This document shows, in pieces, positions 47,704 through 60,100 of a DNA stretch of 64,000 bases (its first letter is position 1; every line of letters starts with the position of its first letter). The stretch covers positions 26,848,001-26,912,000 of the forward strand of contig CM075988.1 in assembly GCA_038087875.1 (NCBI GenBank), in the 5' to 3' direction. The notes under the pieces were generated by a model. It had not been told where the DNA came from, ran no database searches, and was given only the letters and a program-made list of their open reading frames with translations. Made by a program: the position numbers and the translations under genes. This DNA is from Malacoraja senta (lineage: Eukaryota).

Positions 47704-50700
47704 GTGGGTGTTAGACATTATAGTTACAGTTAGAGATGCATTCACTTTTAAACTAAATACAAATTGATAATTAAAACTGCAGTAAGCAATTTATATAGGA
47801 ACTAAACGTGGATGATATTATTTATATCCAGCAGTCAATTACTGTGTGATGGAAATTGCTGCAGGCTAGCTTTTGCTTTTTCCTATAATTAGCAAGATTT
47901 ATCATTTGGATGGCACTCCAAACTAAACTAAATGTTATTTTAAATTTAGTGTCCTCATCAATAGATGAAAGGATGTGGGTGAAGTGGGTGCATCCGCACT
48001 GAGGATTGTAGCTGTGCCCATCTGAACCATTTAGGCTTGTCACGAATCATGAATTTATAGGCCAGTGGCATCTCCCTGTATGAGACTGTAGATGTTGGAG
48101 TCATAGTCTCAGGATAAGGGGCGGGTATTTTAGACGGGAGCAAGGGGAATTTTCTGCAATTAGAGGGCTGTGAATCTTTGGAATTCTCTACTCTGTTAGG
48201 CTGTGGATGCTCATATACTGTGTACAATTATATCTGGGCAATAGATTCTTGGGTGCAAGAACCACAAAGTGATATCGGGCAAAGTAGTAAAAATGGAAGT
48301 GACATCAATGTTCAGCTGATCTTATTGAAAAGTGGGAAAGAATGGGAATTAAAAGGATCGGTGATATGTATGAAATGGGAAATCTATTATCATTCCAACA
48401 ATTATAATTAAAATTTAAACTGAAAAATAACCAATATTTTAAATATCTTCAGATTTGTGATTTCATGAAGAAATACATACAAGGATATCAAAAAATAACT
48501 TTTGATTTACTGGAAGAAACAATGAATATTAAGGCTGACTCACAGAAATTAATATCATATTTATATAATAGTATTTTAAATGTAGACCTACCATCGACAG
48601 AGGCACTTAGAGAAGAGTGGGAATGGGAATTAATGATAAAAATTACAACGGTTACATGGGAAAAGTATTTGATATATATACACAAATGTTCGATTAATGC
48701 AAGACATAATTTAATTCAATTTAAAATTTTACATAGATTATATTATTCAAAAACTAGATTGAATAAATTTTACCCAAATACTTCCCCCATTTGTGATAAA
48801 TGTCTATCCCAAAACGCAACCATAACACACTCTTTCGTTTCCTGCATAAAACTTTATAAATTTTGGAGTGATATTTTTGAAATATTTACAAAATTATTCA
48901 AGATAAGAATGGAACCTAATACTGAAATGATTATATTTGGAGTAATGGAAGATGGGAATAAATTGAACTCATCTCAAAATTTATTTTTTAATTATGGTTT
49001 AATAATAGCAAAAAAACTAATACTTAAATTCTGGAAAAATACACCAATACCAACGCTTAAAATGTGATTTCAAGCAGGTTGGACACTGCACATCTTGAGG
49101 AAATGCTAATAGATAAATCAGACCAATTCTTAACGAGTTGGTCTCCATTTGTCGTCTTTTTGGAATCATATGGTGCAACACAATTGTAGAAGCTAACTGT
49201 TCCAGGACTGGGTGAGGGATGGTCAAGATTATAAATAATGAGCTCCTTACTTTTATTTTTTTATTTTCAACTCTCTTTTTTCTATTTTCTTTTCTTCAAT
49301 TTTCTTCTTTCACTCTTTTTTTCCTTTTTCACACACTATATATTTCACGTTTTTCTATCTTTTATTAAAATAAAAAATAAAAAAATAACAAAAATAAACA
49401 AATAAATAAAATAATAATGAAAAGTGGAGAATATAAGGTGTCAGAGTTTACTCCTGAGTCTATTTCTTATGTTCTTAAGTATATATATATATATAGTGGC
49501 TTGCAAACGTTTTCATACCCCTTGAACTTTTCCACATTTTGTCACGTTACAACCACAAACGTAAATGTATTTTATTGGGATTTTATGTGATAGACCAACA
49601 CAAAGTGGTGCATAATTGTGAAGTGGAAGGAAAATGATACATGGTTTTCAAATTTTGTTACAAATAAAAAACTGAAAAGTGTGGTGTGCAAAAGTATTCA
49701 GCCCCCCTGAGTCAATACTTTGTAGAACCACCTTTCGCTGCAATTACAGCTGCAAGTCTTTTGGGGGTATGTCTCTACCAGCTTTGCACATCTAGAGACT
49801 GAAATTTTTGCCCATTCTTCTTTGCAAAATAACTCAAGCTCAGTCAGATTGGATGGAGAGCATCTGTGAACAGCAATTTTCAAGTCTTGCCAGAGTTTCT
49901 CAATTGGATTTAGGTCTAGATTCACGCCATTCTGACACATGAATATGCTTTGATCTAAACCATTCCATTGTAGCTCTGGCTGTATGTTTAGGGTCGTTGT
50001 CCTGCTGGAAGGTGAACCTCCGCCCCAGTCTCAAGTCTTTTGCAGACTCCAAGATTGCCCTGTATTTGGCTCCATCCATCTTCCCATCAACTCTGACCAG
50101 CTTCCCTGTCCCTGCTGAAGAAAAGCATCCCCATAGCATGATGCTGCCACCACCATGTTTCACAGTGGGGATGGTGTGTTCAGGGTGATGTGCAGTGTTA
50201 GGTTTCCGCCACACATAGCGTTTTGCATTTAGGCCAAAAACTTCAATTTTGGTCTCATCTGACCAGAGCACCTTCCTCCACATGTTTGCTGTGTCCCCCA
50301 CATGGCTTGTGGCAAACTGCAAACGGGACTTCTTATGGCTTTTTTTCAACAATGGCTTTCTTCTTGCCACTCTTCCATAAAGGCCCGATTTGTGGAGTGC
50401 ACGACTAATAGTTGTCCTGTGGACAGATTCTCCCACCTGTGCTGTGGATCTCTGCAGCTCCTCCAGAGTTACCATGGGCCACTTGGCTGCTTCTCTGATC
50501 AATGCTCTCCTTGCCCGGCCTGTCAGTTTAGGTGGACGGCCATGTCTTGGTAGGTTTGCAGTTGTGCCATACTCTTTCCATTTTCGGATGATGGATTGAA
50601 CAGTGCTCCGTGAGATGTTCAAAGCTTGGGATATTTGTTTATAACCTAACCCTGCTTTAAACTTCTCCACAACTTTATCCCTGACCTGTCTGGTGTGTTC

Positions 50701-51088
50701 CTTGGGCTTCATGATGCTGTTTGTTCACTAATGTTCTCTAACAAACCTCTGAGGCCTTCACAGAACAGCTGTATTTATACTGAGATTAGATTACACACAA
50801 GTGGACTCTATTTACTAATTAGGTGACTTCTGAAGGCAATTGGTTGCACTGGATTTTATTTAGGGGTATCAGAGTAAAGGGGGCTGAATACTTTTGCACG
50901 CGACAATTTTCAGTTTTTTATTTGTAAAAAAATGTGAAAACCATGTATCATTTTCCTTCCACTTCACAATTATGCGCCACTTTGTGTTGGTCTATCACAT
51001 AAAATCCCAATAAAATACATTTACGTTTGTGGTTGTAACGTGACAAAATGTGGAAAAGTTCAAGGGGTATGAATACTTTTGCAAGCCA

Positions 51089-51146
<58 letters not shown>

Positions 51147-54100
51147 AATGTAATATATCTATACATATATATCTGTAGAGAATGTGCAGATAAAAATTGT
51201 GTAAGTACTGTAAAAAGATAGATAAGTCTAAGGATAGTAGGAGATAAAAACTAAAACTGCAAAAAAATGGTAGAGGGCGGTAGTTTGGGACATTACTTTT
51301 CTTCTTTAACATTACAGGGACATGAAATATCTGATGGAGGTGGCAGGGAAGACGCTGAGAGTAAAGTTCAAGCACATTTTGCCAATATATGGGATTTGTA
51401 CGCGGCCGGCGGGAATTGTAATGGAATACTTGGAAAACGGATCTCTGGATAAATTGCTCCTCAAAGATACATTACCTTGGCCAATGAAATTCCAGATTAT
51501 TCATGAGACGTCTTTGGGAATGAACTTCTTACACAGTATGAAGCCACCACTACTTCACTTGGAGTTGAAAGCTAGAAACATACTCCTGGATGAAAACCTC
51601 CACGTCAAGGTTGCTGTGTTGATTGTCTGACCGGAACTCTCATACCTGACAGGTTTAAGGCAGCTAGTGTGAGATCAATTAGGTTCCAGCCTTGGTTCAG
51701 TGATAGCTCTCATCTCTGCATAGGCTATTTGCGGTTTCAACTTTCATTTCAACGTACAATGCAGTCTGACACCCCAGTGAAGTGTTGAGGGAGTGCACCA
51801 TCATCAAGATTTTAAAACTAAATCCCATTTTCCTTTGCTAATGTCCAAAAGATAGATTGCATTACAGATTAAACCAGTATAATTATATTAATTCAATTTA
51901 TCATAAGAGATAAGCTACAGAATATCAATGCAGCATTATGCTAAATCAATCAGTTAACAGCACAATCTTGGGCAAGTGGTGTGAGTTCATTAGTTGTCCC
52001 AGCTGGTGAACCTGTTCATTGTCACTCTGGTGGGGGTTCATTCGTTGTCACATGACTTCTCTATCCCACTCCACAGCAGGTCAGGCTACATCTGTGGAAA
52101 GAGAAATAGAGTGCAAGTTTCATGTCACTGGCTCTTCATTTGAGCGGACAAAGAGAGAGTATATGCAGTCAAATGCAGAGGACATAGGGGGAGGATTATT
52201 GGGAAGGACCAAGACCGAGTGCAAGGTAGTTGAGATAAATTGAGCAAAATGGTGATAATGTGAGGTGAAAGTGTGTGACAGTCAAACAAGTAGATATGGT
52301 TGGGAAGATGTACAAATGAGATTAGACACGATCATTAGCCCAAACTTTTGAAGTTTGGTGCAATGTGCCCAGTAAAAAGACGAGAAGATAGATTTCTATT
52401 GTGTAGTACTTTTCAAAGCAGAAGATTGATTGAAAAGTATTTGGTGAAAATAAGGCAGATGCTGTGAAATTCATTGTGTGGTGTGCTATGGAGGCCATTT
52501 AGTGTGTGATGTGCCATGAAGGCCATTTTGCAACAGTTATCACACGTATGCATCAAAGTGAAGTGGAAAAAAACAAGTCTCAGCAGGAAGGAGTCTTGTC
52601 CAAAGTAAGTTAGAGAGTAATTCCTCGTGGCACCATGATCACAGTGTCTGCTGCTGTAGGCAGCTGAGGAATCTCCTGCAACCTTGAGTCTCCAACACTG
52701 CAGGTTAGACAGGCAATCGGTGAGTTGTCTGTGCGGTGTTGGGCACCATTCCAGTGTTTGTCCTCCACATTGACCTCCAGCACAATGTCAAAGATGTGGG
52801 AGCCCACTCCTGCTTCCTGCCTGCCAATGCCACAGAAGGCAAGGCTGGCATTTGGCCATATGACTTGAGACAGTGCCATCTGCTGAGGATTGCTAGCATT
52901 ACTCAATAAGGTGCAAGGGCACTCTTGCTACTTCACCTTCCTGCATATAATTTGAAATGCCACGCAGTTACCATGTGTAAATGTATTGAAGGTCTGAGAA
53001 TGCCACAGCTTATGTACACAATGTTTTGTGTGTCAGGCATGTCTCTCTGCCTCTGCCCTGGAATAAACTTACCATGTCCATTATATGTTCCCATTTCTAA
53101 GGTCCAGGTGGTGGCCTTTAACGACTTGCATTGAACGTCATTGGACCATTACTGGAGTCTGACAACCAAATGGGGTGGGATAGAGAAGTAATGTGGCAGA
53201 ATCTCTCTCTAAATGGCATTCAGCAAAATCGTTTGCCCAGTGGAGTGTGGACCGGCACTTCTGCCTTTGTGCTGCCCTTAATTGTTAAACCAATACAGGC
53301 ACATAACACCATAATGATTTTATTCATCAAAGGGACACTTGCTTGAAAGAAAATGTTTGTGGTCACTAACAAGCATATTTGTATTTTATATAGATAGCAG
53401 ATTTCGGATTATCAAAATGGGAAGATAGCATGAGTAATATGGAACAAATTGAAAGGTCTGCTATGAGAGGAACCATCATCTATATGCCACCAGAATTGTC
53501 AAATAAACCTTCTGGAGTCAAGCATGATGTTTACAGGTCAGATTTCATTGAGTTACAGGATCTGGTTAAGTCTTCAAGTTTAATTTTTAGTAGCAGTCTT
53601 ACCGGTATTATTGGAATTCAGCATAGTCAGAATTGTTGCGATTAGGTGTGAAGTTAAAGGAGCCTCTTTGTTAAAGGTTGCTGCATTCATTACTTGCTAT
53701 GATTTATACATAACAATGATAACTGAATTCAAAAGAGCCTCATTGACTATAAATTGCTTCTGTAAACACTGGGATGGCAAGAGGTGCCACATGGATGCTC
53801 TGACGAAACATCAACAACCTGAACTGTTGCCTAGTTTCCCGTTCATGCTGGGTGGTGCCTGTCCTGAGAGGTTCCACATTTTGTTTTTGTTTCAGATTTC
53901 CAGCATTCACATTCATTTTGTAATTCTCCTTTACTGTATGGGTGTGCAATGTTTGCCTTTGTTCTTTCCATTTTCTTCCAAATGTGCAGTTTGTGGCTGT
54001 TTGCTTTATGCTGCTTCATTGGGCCCTTGCTCTTTGTTTGATCACCCCTCCATGAACACAGCACTGTCTCTGAATAGAAACCTAATCTTAGGAAATCATC

Positions 54101-57100
54101 AGCATGCTGCTATGCTGAAAGTTACGTTCTCATGCACTACCTTCTCTGAGATCTGTCAACAGCTTGTAGCTGATGTGATGAGGTGAATGCCAAATGGTCC
54201 CTAAGTTCTGAAAACAAAGTTACTTCCTGAAGCAATAGTTTTTCACATCACACTAAAATAAACTGCTGGTAGAACTCAGTAGGCCAGGCAGCATCTGCTG
54301 AGGGAAATGATAGCTTAAGACAATTTGGGACCTGGGCCTTCTTCAGAAGAAGGGTCGCAACCCAATACTGTCTCCAAAGATGCTGCCTGGCCTACTGAGT
54401 TCTTGCAACAGTTTGTTTTTTGCTCTAGATTCCAGCATCTGCAGTACCACATGTCTCTAGTTATACCTCTTGGATTGTTTACTGAATCAAGCCATGTCTT
54501 TGAGATGTTTTATATTGCTTTATATCTAAATGTTATTATTACATTGAAAATGATTTGTGCTGGAGATGATTGAAGCATTTGACCTCATTGATTACATTTG
54601 AATGAAAGTAGATAATAGGAAATCTGCAATGTTCTCAGCATTTTGACTAGTAACACCTTTACCATTAGTAACTGCGGGACAGATTTCATATTCAATCTTG
54701 AATAAATTGTTTATTTCATTTTATAACAACCCTTAAACCTTCTATATAGTTCCTGAACTGCATTCCACTTACTTATCCACCAAGAGGAAAGAAATATAGT
54801 TATTCCAACATCTGTGACGTTTTGATGTGACAGAACATTTCTGGGACTAAAGTGATGTGACATAAATTCAATGGAAATTCATATATTTTTTTATTACTCT
54901 ATTCCACAAGGATAACAAAATCTATAGCTCCCATATGTCAAGGTGTCTCAATGTACCTTTCACTGAAGTACCACCTTTGAGGCACAGCCATGTAGGTATT
55001 GTGTCAGACACTTTGTAGCCATGAAGATCAAACAAACAGCCATATGATCAACCATTTAAGTTTTGGTTGTGTTAATTGAATGTTAAATGCTGACTAGGAC
55101 ATAAGGAGGGATTCCTCTACTCTGTAGGTTAATCTTTGAGAAGATTCAATGAAAGGGAACTGCAGATGCTGGTTTATACCAAAGATAGACAAAAAGTGCT
55201 GGATTACCTCAGCAGGTCAGGCAGCATCTTTGGAGAAAATGGATAGGTGACGTTGCGGGTCGGGGCCTTTCAGACTGAAGAAAGGTCCCGACCTGAAACT
55301 TCACTGATCCATTTTCTCCAGAGATGCTGCCTGATCCGCTGAGTTAATCCAGCACTCTGGAAGAAGGCACCTTCAACGTTGCAGAATCCCTAAAATACTG
55401 CAGTGGAGTTCCTGGCCGTTTATACACAAGCCTATGGATTTCCCTGTCTTCCAACTCAGGGTCGAGAGAGCTCCTCACTAACCACAGAGAATATACCAAG
55501 GAGTACCTGAATAAATCAGCACCTGAGGGAAGGAAGCATATGAAGGAGAAAGGAAAAAAAGAAAAGATTAATAAAGTTGGATGAAATCAGATTGGGCAAT
55601 TGGAAACACCCAACCTCATGCTGAAGGACAGAGCTAGTGGGAATAAATACCAATCTTCTCGTGATTCTTTGCTACACGTTCCATGTTTGTTAAACTCCAT
55701 GCTGGGAGCAATAACACTGCCACTACACTCATTTACATAACATTATTATTTGGGTGAAACAAATCTTAAAAACCTACAAGCAAACGGATTTTGTCACTAA
55801 TATTCATAGAAGCTATTCATATTTCAGTGAATTAGAGCAGCTGTATCATTTACCAGTCAGAATTTATGCACTTATTATGCAAATTAATATTAAAGCTTTC
55901 AGTGCCCTCTAACCATTCAACGTGACACAAAGATATGGAACTTGCATCAATACTTGTTTACCCAACATCTCTCTGCTCAGCCACCTTCATTACCCACTAG
56001 TCTGACAACAGTTTTATTTTAAAATCTTAAATCTTTTATACAATTTTTTTTTCCAAAATGGTTCTTCCACAGTCCCACTCTTCCCTACATCTGTAATCTT
56101 TAGCCGCTGAGATCATTGCTTCTCTCCCGTTCCGTTGTGAATCGATTCATCATTGGTTGTTATTCCTTCAGCCCCCATAGGTATAAAGGTTTAGAATTCC
56201 CTTCTTGCACTGCATACTCCACCCTCTCTCCTACTCAATATTCCCCACAAAGCCTACTGTACTTCTAAGATATGATAGTGACATTTGAGAGACTTTTGGA
56301 TAGGCAAATGGAAATGCAGGAATGGAGGGATATGGATTATGTACAGGCAGGTAAGATAAGGTCTTAGCATCATGTTCGGCACAGACTTTGTGGTCTGATG
56401 GGCCTGCTCTAGTGTACTATGTTCTATAACCAAGATTTTGAATCTCTTTTAAGATCTCATGTGGTTCAATGTGAACTTTTGTTTCAGAATACTCTTGTAA
56501 AGTATACTGGGAGATTTCCGTATAATACAATTAACAGTTGATGCTTTCGTTGAATTGTACTAGTGTCATTTCTTTGTCCGGTTAAAGGAGACTAGCATTT
56601 GATTTGCGCTGGACATGAAGAAACTTACAGTGAATGTTTTTTCCAGCTTCTCCATTGTGACGTGGGAGGTCATGACTCAGCAGAAGCCCTATGCTGGTAA
56701 GACCATCACTAGCTCTCCCTGCAAGAACATCCCTACAGTCATCATGGCAACAGCTAATCCCTGTATCAATGGGATTTATGATTTACTTTAAGAAGGATCA
56801 TTTACATTAAGAAGGATGCATTATTATTATTACAACATTTAATTATGAGCACTAACATTAATTTTGTTTGAGTTTTGTGGTCGATGTAGATAAATGTGTT
56901 GAATACAATTAAGTTATCTGCTTGATTTTCAACTTCATTACAGAGGTACTTGGTGATCCCTGTAGAAATCATAGTGTTGCTCCTCAGAAAATAATTCAGT
57001 TGTTTACCTGATTCATCATGGCATTAAATCATTTTACTTCCTCTGAGACTGCACTGGTGAACATGTTTATTTGATCTGTTTAGGAAAAGTAGTTTAGCAG

Positions 57101-60100
57101 CTGCATCTTATATTAATGCAAAAGAAACATTGACACAAATTATACCTGAGCAGTGAAAGCTATTTCATGTTAAATGAAACGCAAGCATACACTTCTGAAT
57201 GCATTCTAAATGATTCTGGCGAACACGTCAACTGTTTATTCCTTCTTATTTTTCTCAAATTACTGGGAGGTAATGTATTTATAATTAATTCTGCCTTTGT
57301 TTATGAAGAGCAGATTTGATATGTGATTGAAGTCATGTTGTGCTTTGGCAGGTTAAAGAGAGTGAAGCAGTTCCCATTAGATATGATTCAGGGACCAAGA
57401 GATGGTGGTGATGATCTAGACTGTCTCTAGGGATAGTTTAGTTCAGTTTAGTTTAGTTTAGAGATACAGCGTTGAAACAGGTCTTTCGTCCCACCGAGTC
57501 CGCGCCGACCTGCGATCCTCGCAGACTAACACTATCCTACACACGCTAGGGACAATTTACAATTTTACCAAGCCAATTAGCCTACCATCTTTGGAGTTTG
57601 GGAGGAAACCGGAACTCCCAGAGAAAACCCACGCAAGTCACGGGGAGGTTGTACAAACTCCGTACAGACAGCACCCGTAGTCAGGATCGATCCTGGGTCT
57701 CTGGCGCTGTCAGGCAGCAACTCTACCGCTGAGCGGGTAGTGGAAACAAGGAGTGCTTGAGCTTCCAAAAGGGGAATGGATGGGTCGAAGAGAAATAATG
57801 TGCAAGGCTGTGGAGAAAGACGAGGGAATGGAACTAAATAGATTGCTCTACAGTGAGCAGGCATGGACTCGGTGAGATGAACACTTTCCTTCTCTTCTGT
57901 AACAGCTCTATGATTCTCATTTAACAACACAGGTTGTGTGTGTGTGTGTACATTTGCATAATATCTGCTCTTGGGAATGTTATATTTGTATACTTAAGCA
58001 ACAGGACTCCATCTTGGGTCCGTACACAGTTTTTTATTAAGACAAGAGCTGGTGTATTTCAGTATCCATTTGCCGTTCTACATTTCAGGAACTGACGTAC
58101 TGGCTGTATTTGTGAAAGTCGTGGCAGGAGAGAGACCGTGCCTGAAAATAATTCCAGAAGACGCCCCTCCAGGATGCGCACAGGTGGTTGAACTGATGCA
58201 AAGATGTTGGAATCAGGAACCAAAGAGAAGACCTGCGTTCTCCGGCAAGCTGTTTATTGATGATGGGGCCAACTCTTTACAGGGAACTGCAGCATTTGTT
58301 TACAAATCGTTCTAAACTAGGTGTTGGCAAAAAGTCTGAAGAAGGGTCCTGACCTGAAGCAACACCTTGGTTGGAGAGAGTTAATGTTTCGGTTTATGGT
58401 CTTTCATCAGAGCACCTTAATGAAAGATCACCAACCTAAAATATTAGAGAGCAGAAACAAGGAACTGCAGATGCTGGTTTACAAAAAAAGACTAAAAGTG
58501 GTGGACTAACTCAGTGGTTCAGGCAGCATCTCTGGAGAACATGAATAGGTGACGTTTAGGATCGGGACCCTTCTTTAGACTGATCAGTCTGAGTTACTCC
58601 AGAACGTATTAACTGTGTACCTCCATCCAATGCTGCCTGGCCTGCTGAGTATTTACAGTATTCTCTGCTTTAATTAAAACCAGTAAATCAATCATAATTT
58701 TTATCATTTTCTTTTCTAGAAATCGTTGTGGAAACTGAAATGCTGTGCAGCCTTTTACAATTCCCAGATATTGACGGCAGGAAGACAACTGAGAAAGCAC
58801 GGATGTGTCTGCGTTCACCACACAGTAGCCTTCACGTACGCCGATCTCCTGTGGGAGCCTTTATCTTTGCAAAATAACTGTGTTCAATAGAAAAAGAAGT
58901 AAAATAACAAAGTGATGAATCTAGAGAAGCTGCAGAACAAGGATGGATAGAGTAGAGAATTGCAGCCTGCTTCCAAGGCTACAAGGGTCAGCCACTAGAG
59001 GGCATAGGTTTAAGGGAAGAGGGAAAAGATTTAAATGGGATCTGAGGGTCAAGTTCTTTCACACGGAGGTAAAGAACTGCAGGAGGAAGTGGTCGAGGTG
59101 GGTACGACCGAAGGGTCTGTTTCCATGCTGTGTCACTCTATGAATCTAACAGTAGTTTCGCAACTCAGATTAAGCCATAGTAATTTATAGTAAATTAAAT
59201 AATTTTAAACAGCAGTTTCTCTTTTAATAGATGAAAATGGGCAGTTAATTTGTATACAATATGACCCCCAAAACATAAGAGGGCAGTCATTTTTTTGATA
59301 TGTTGAATTTGGATAAATGTAGGCCCAGTAATGACAAGATGAACCTCAAAATAGTGCAGTAGTAATTTCCATATGTGCCTGAGGGAGTATTAAAGAAGTT
59401 TTGAAAAACCTCTTGTGAATGGTGGCATCTTTAACATTGCAGTGCTCCTTATTACTACAATGAAGTATTCATCAATATGTTTGCGCTCAATTATTCACAA
59501 TGATGTGATTTAGAATCTCGAGTGCCAGCCACAATAATGCAGCTGAGGCATGGATAGGTTGTTTTTACATCTGCAGGTAGGAAGTGCTGACAGTCAGATG
59601 AAATAAAGTAAGAAATTCATGGCTAATTCACTCATGAATGTTCAAAACATGCGTGTTCCTGGCAAGGCAAGAACTTGTTGACCATCTTTAACAGCCCTTG
59701 AGGAGGTGGTTTTATCTTGCACTAAATGTTATTCCCTTATCATGTATCTGCACTGTAAATGACTCGATTGTAATCATGTATCATCTTTCCGCTGACTGGA
59801 TAGTCACAACAAAAGCTATTCACTGTACCTTGGTACACGTGTCAACAAACTAAACTGGACACGAGCTCTTCTGGCGGACATATTCTGAGTCCTACTTTTG
59901 TAGGGAGTTTCAGGATTTACGCTAGCTAAATACTCACAGTACTAATGTGCTGCAAAACCTGTTTGTGCTGTAAATTCTGTCCAAATCTGTGCCATTGTTT
60001 TTACCTAAATGAACTTCAGGAATTTAAAAGAGACATTGTTTCTCCTGGTTTATTTTGTGCTGTGTTATGCCATTGCAGCATCTCAAGGGAGAAACAATTA

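Noticed and set aside
52560..53340. Possible coding remnant in ANKK1 intron 2
   Set aside because: Slightly GC-richer, but no motif I can recognise on either strand
53611..54186. 191-aa ORF and the many other 60-170 aa ORFs in the track
   Set aside because: No recognisable domains; they are intronic, antisense to transposon ORFs, or run through repeats
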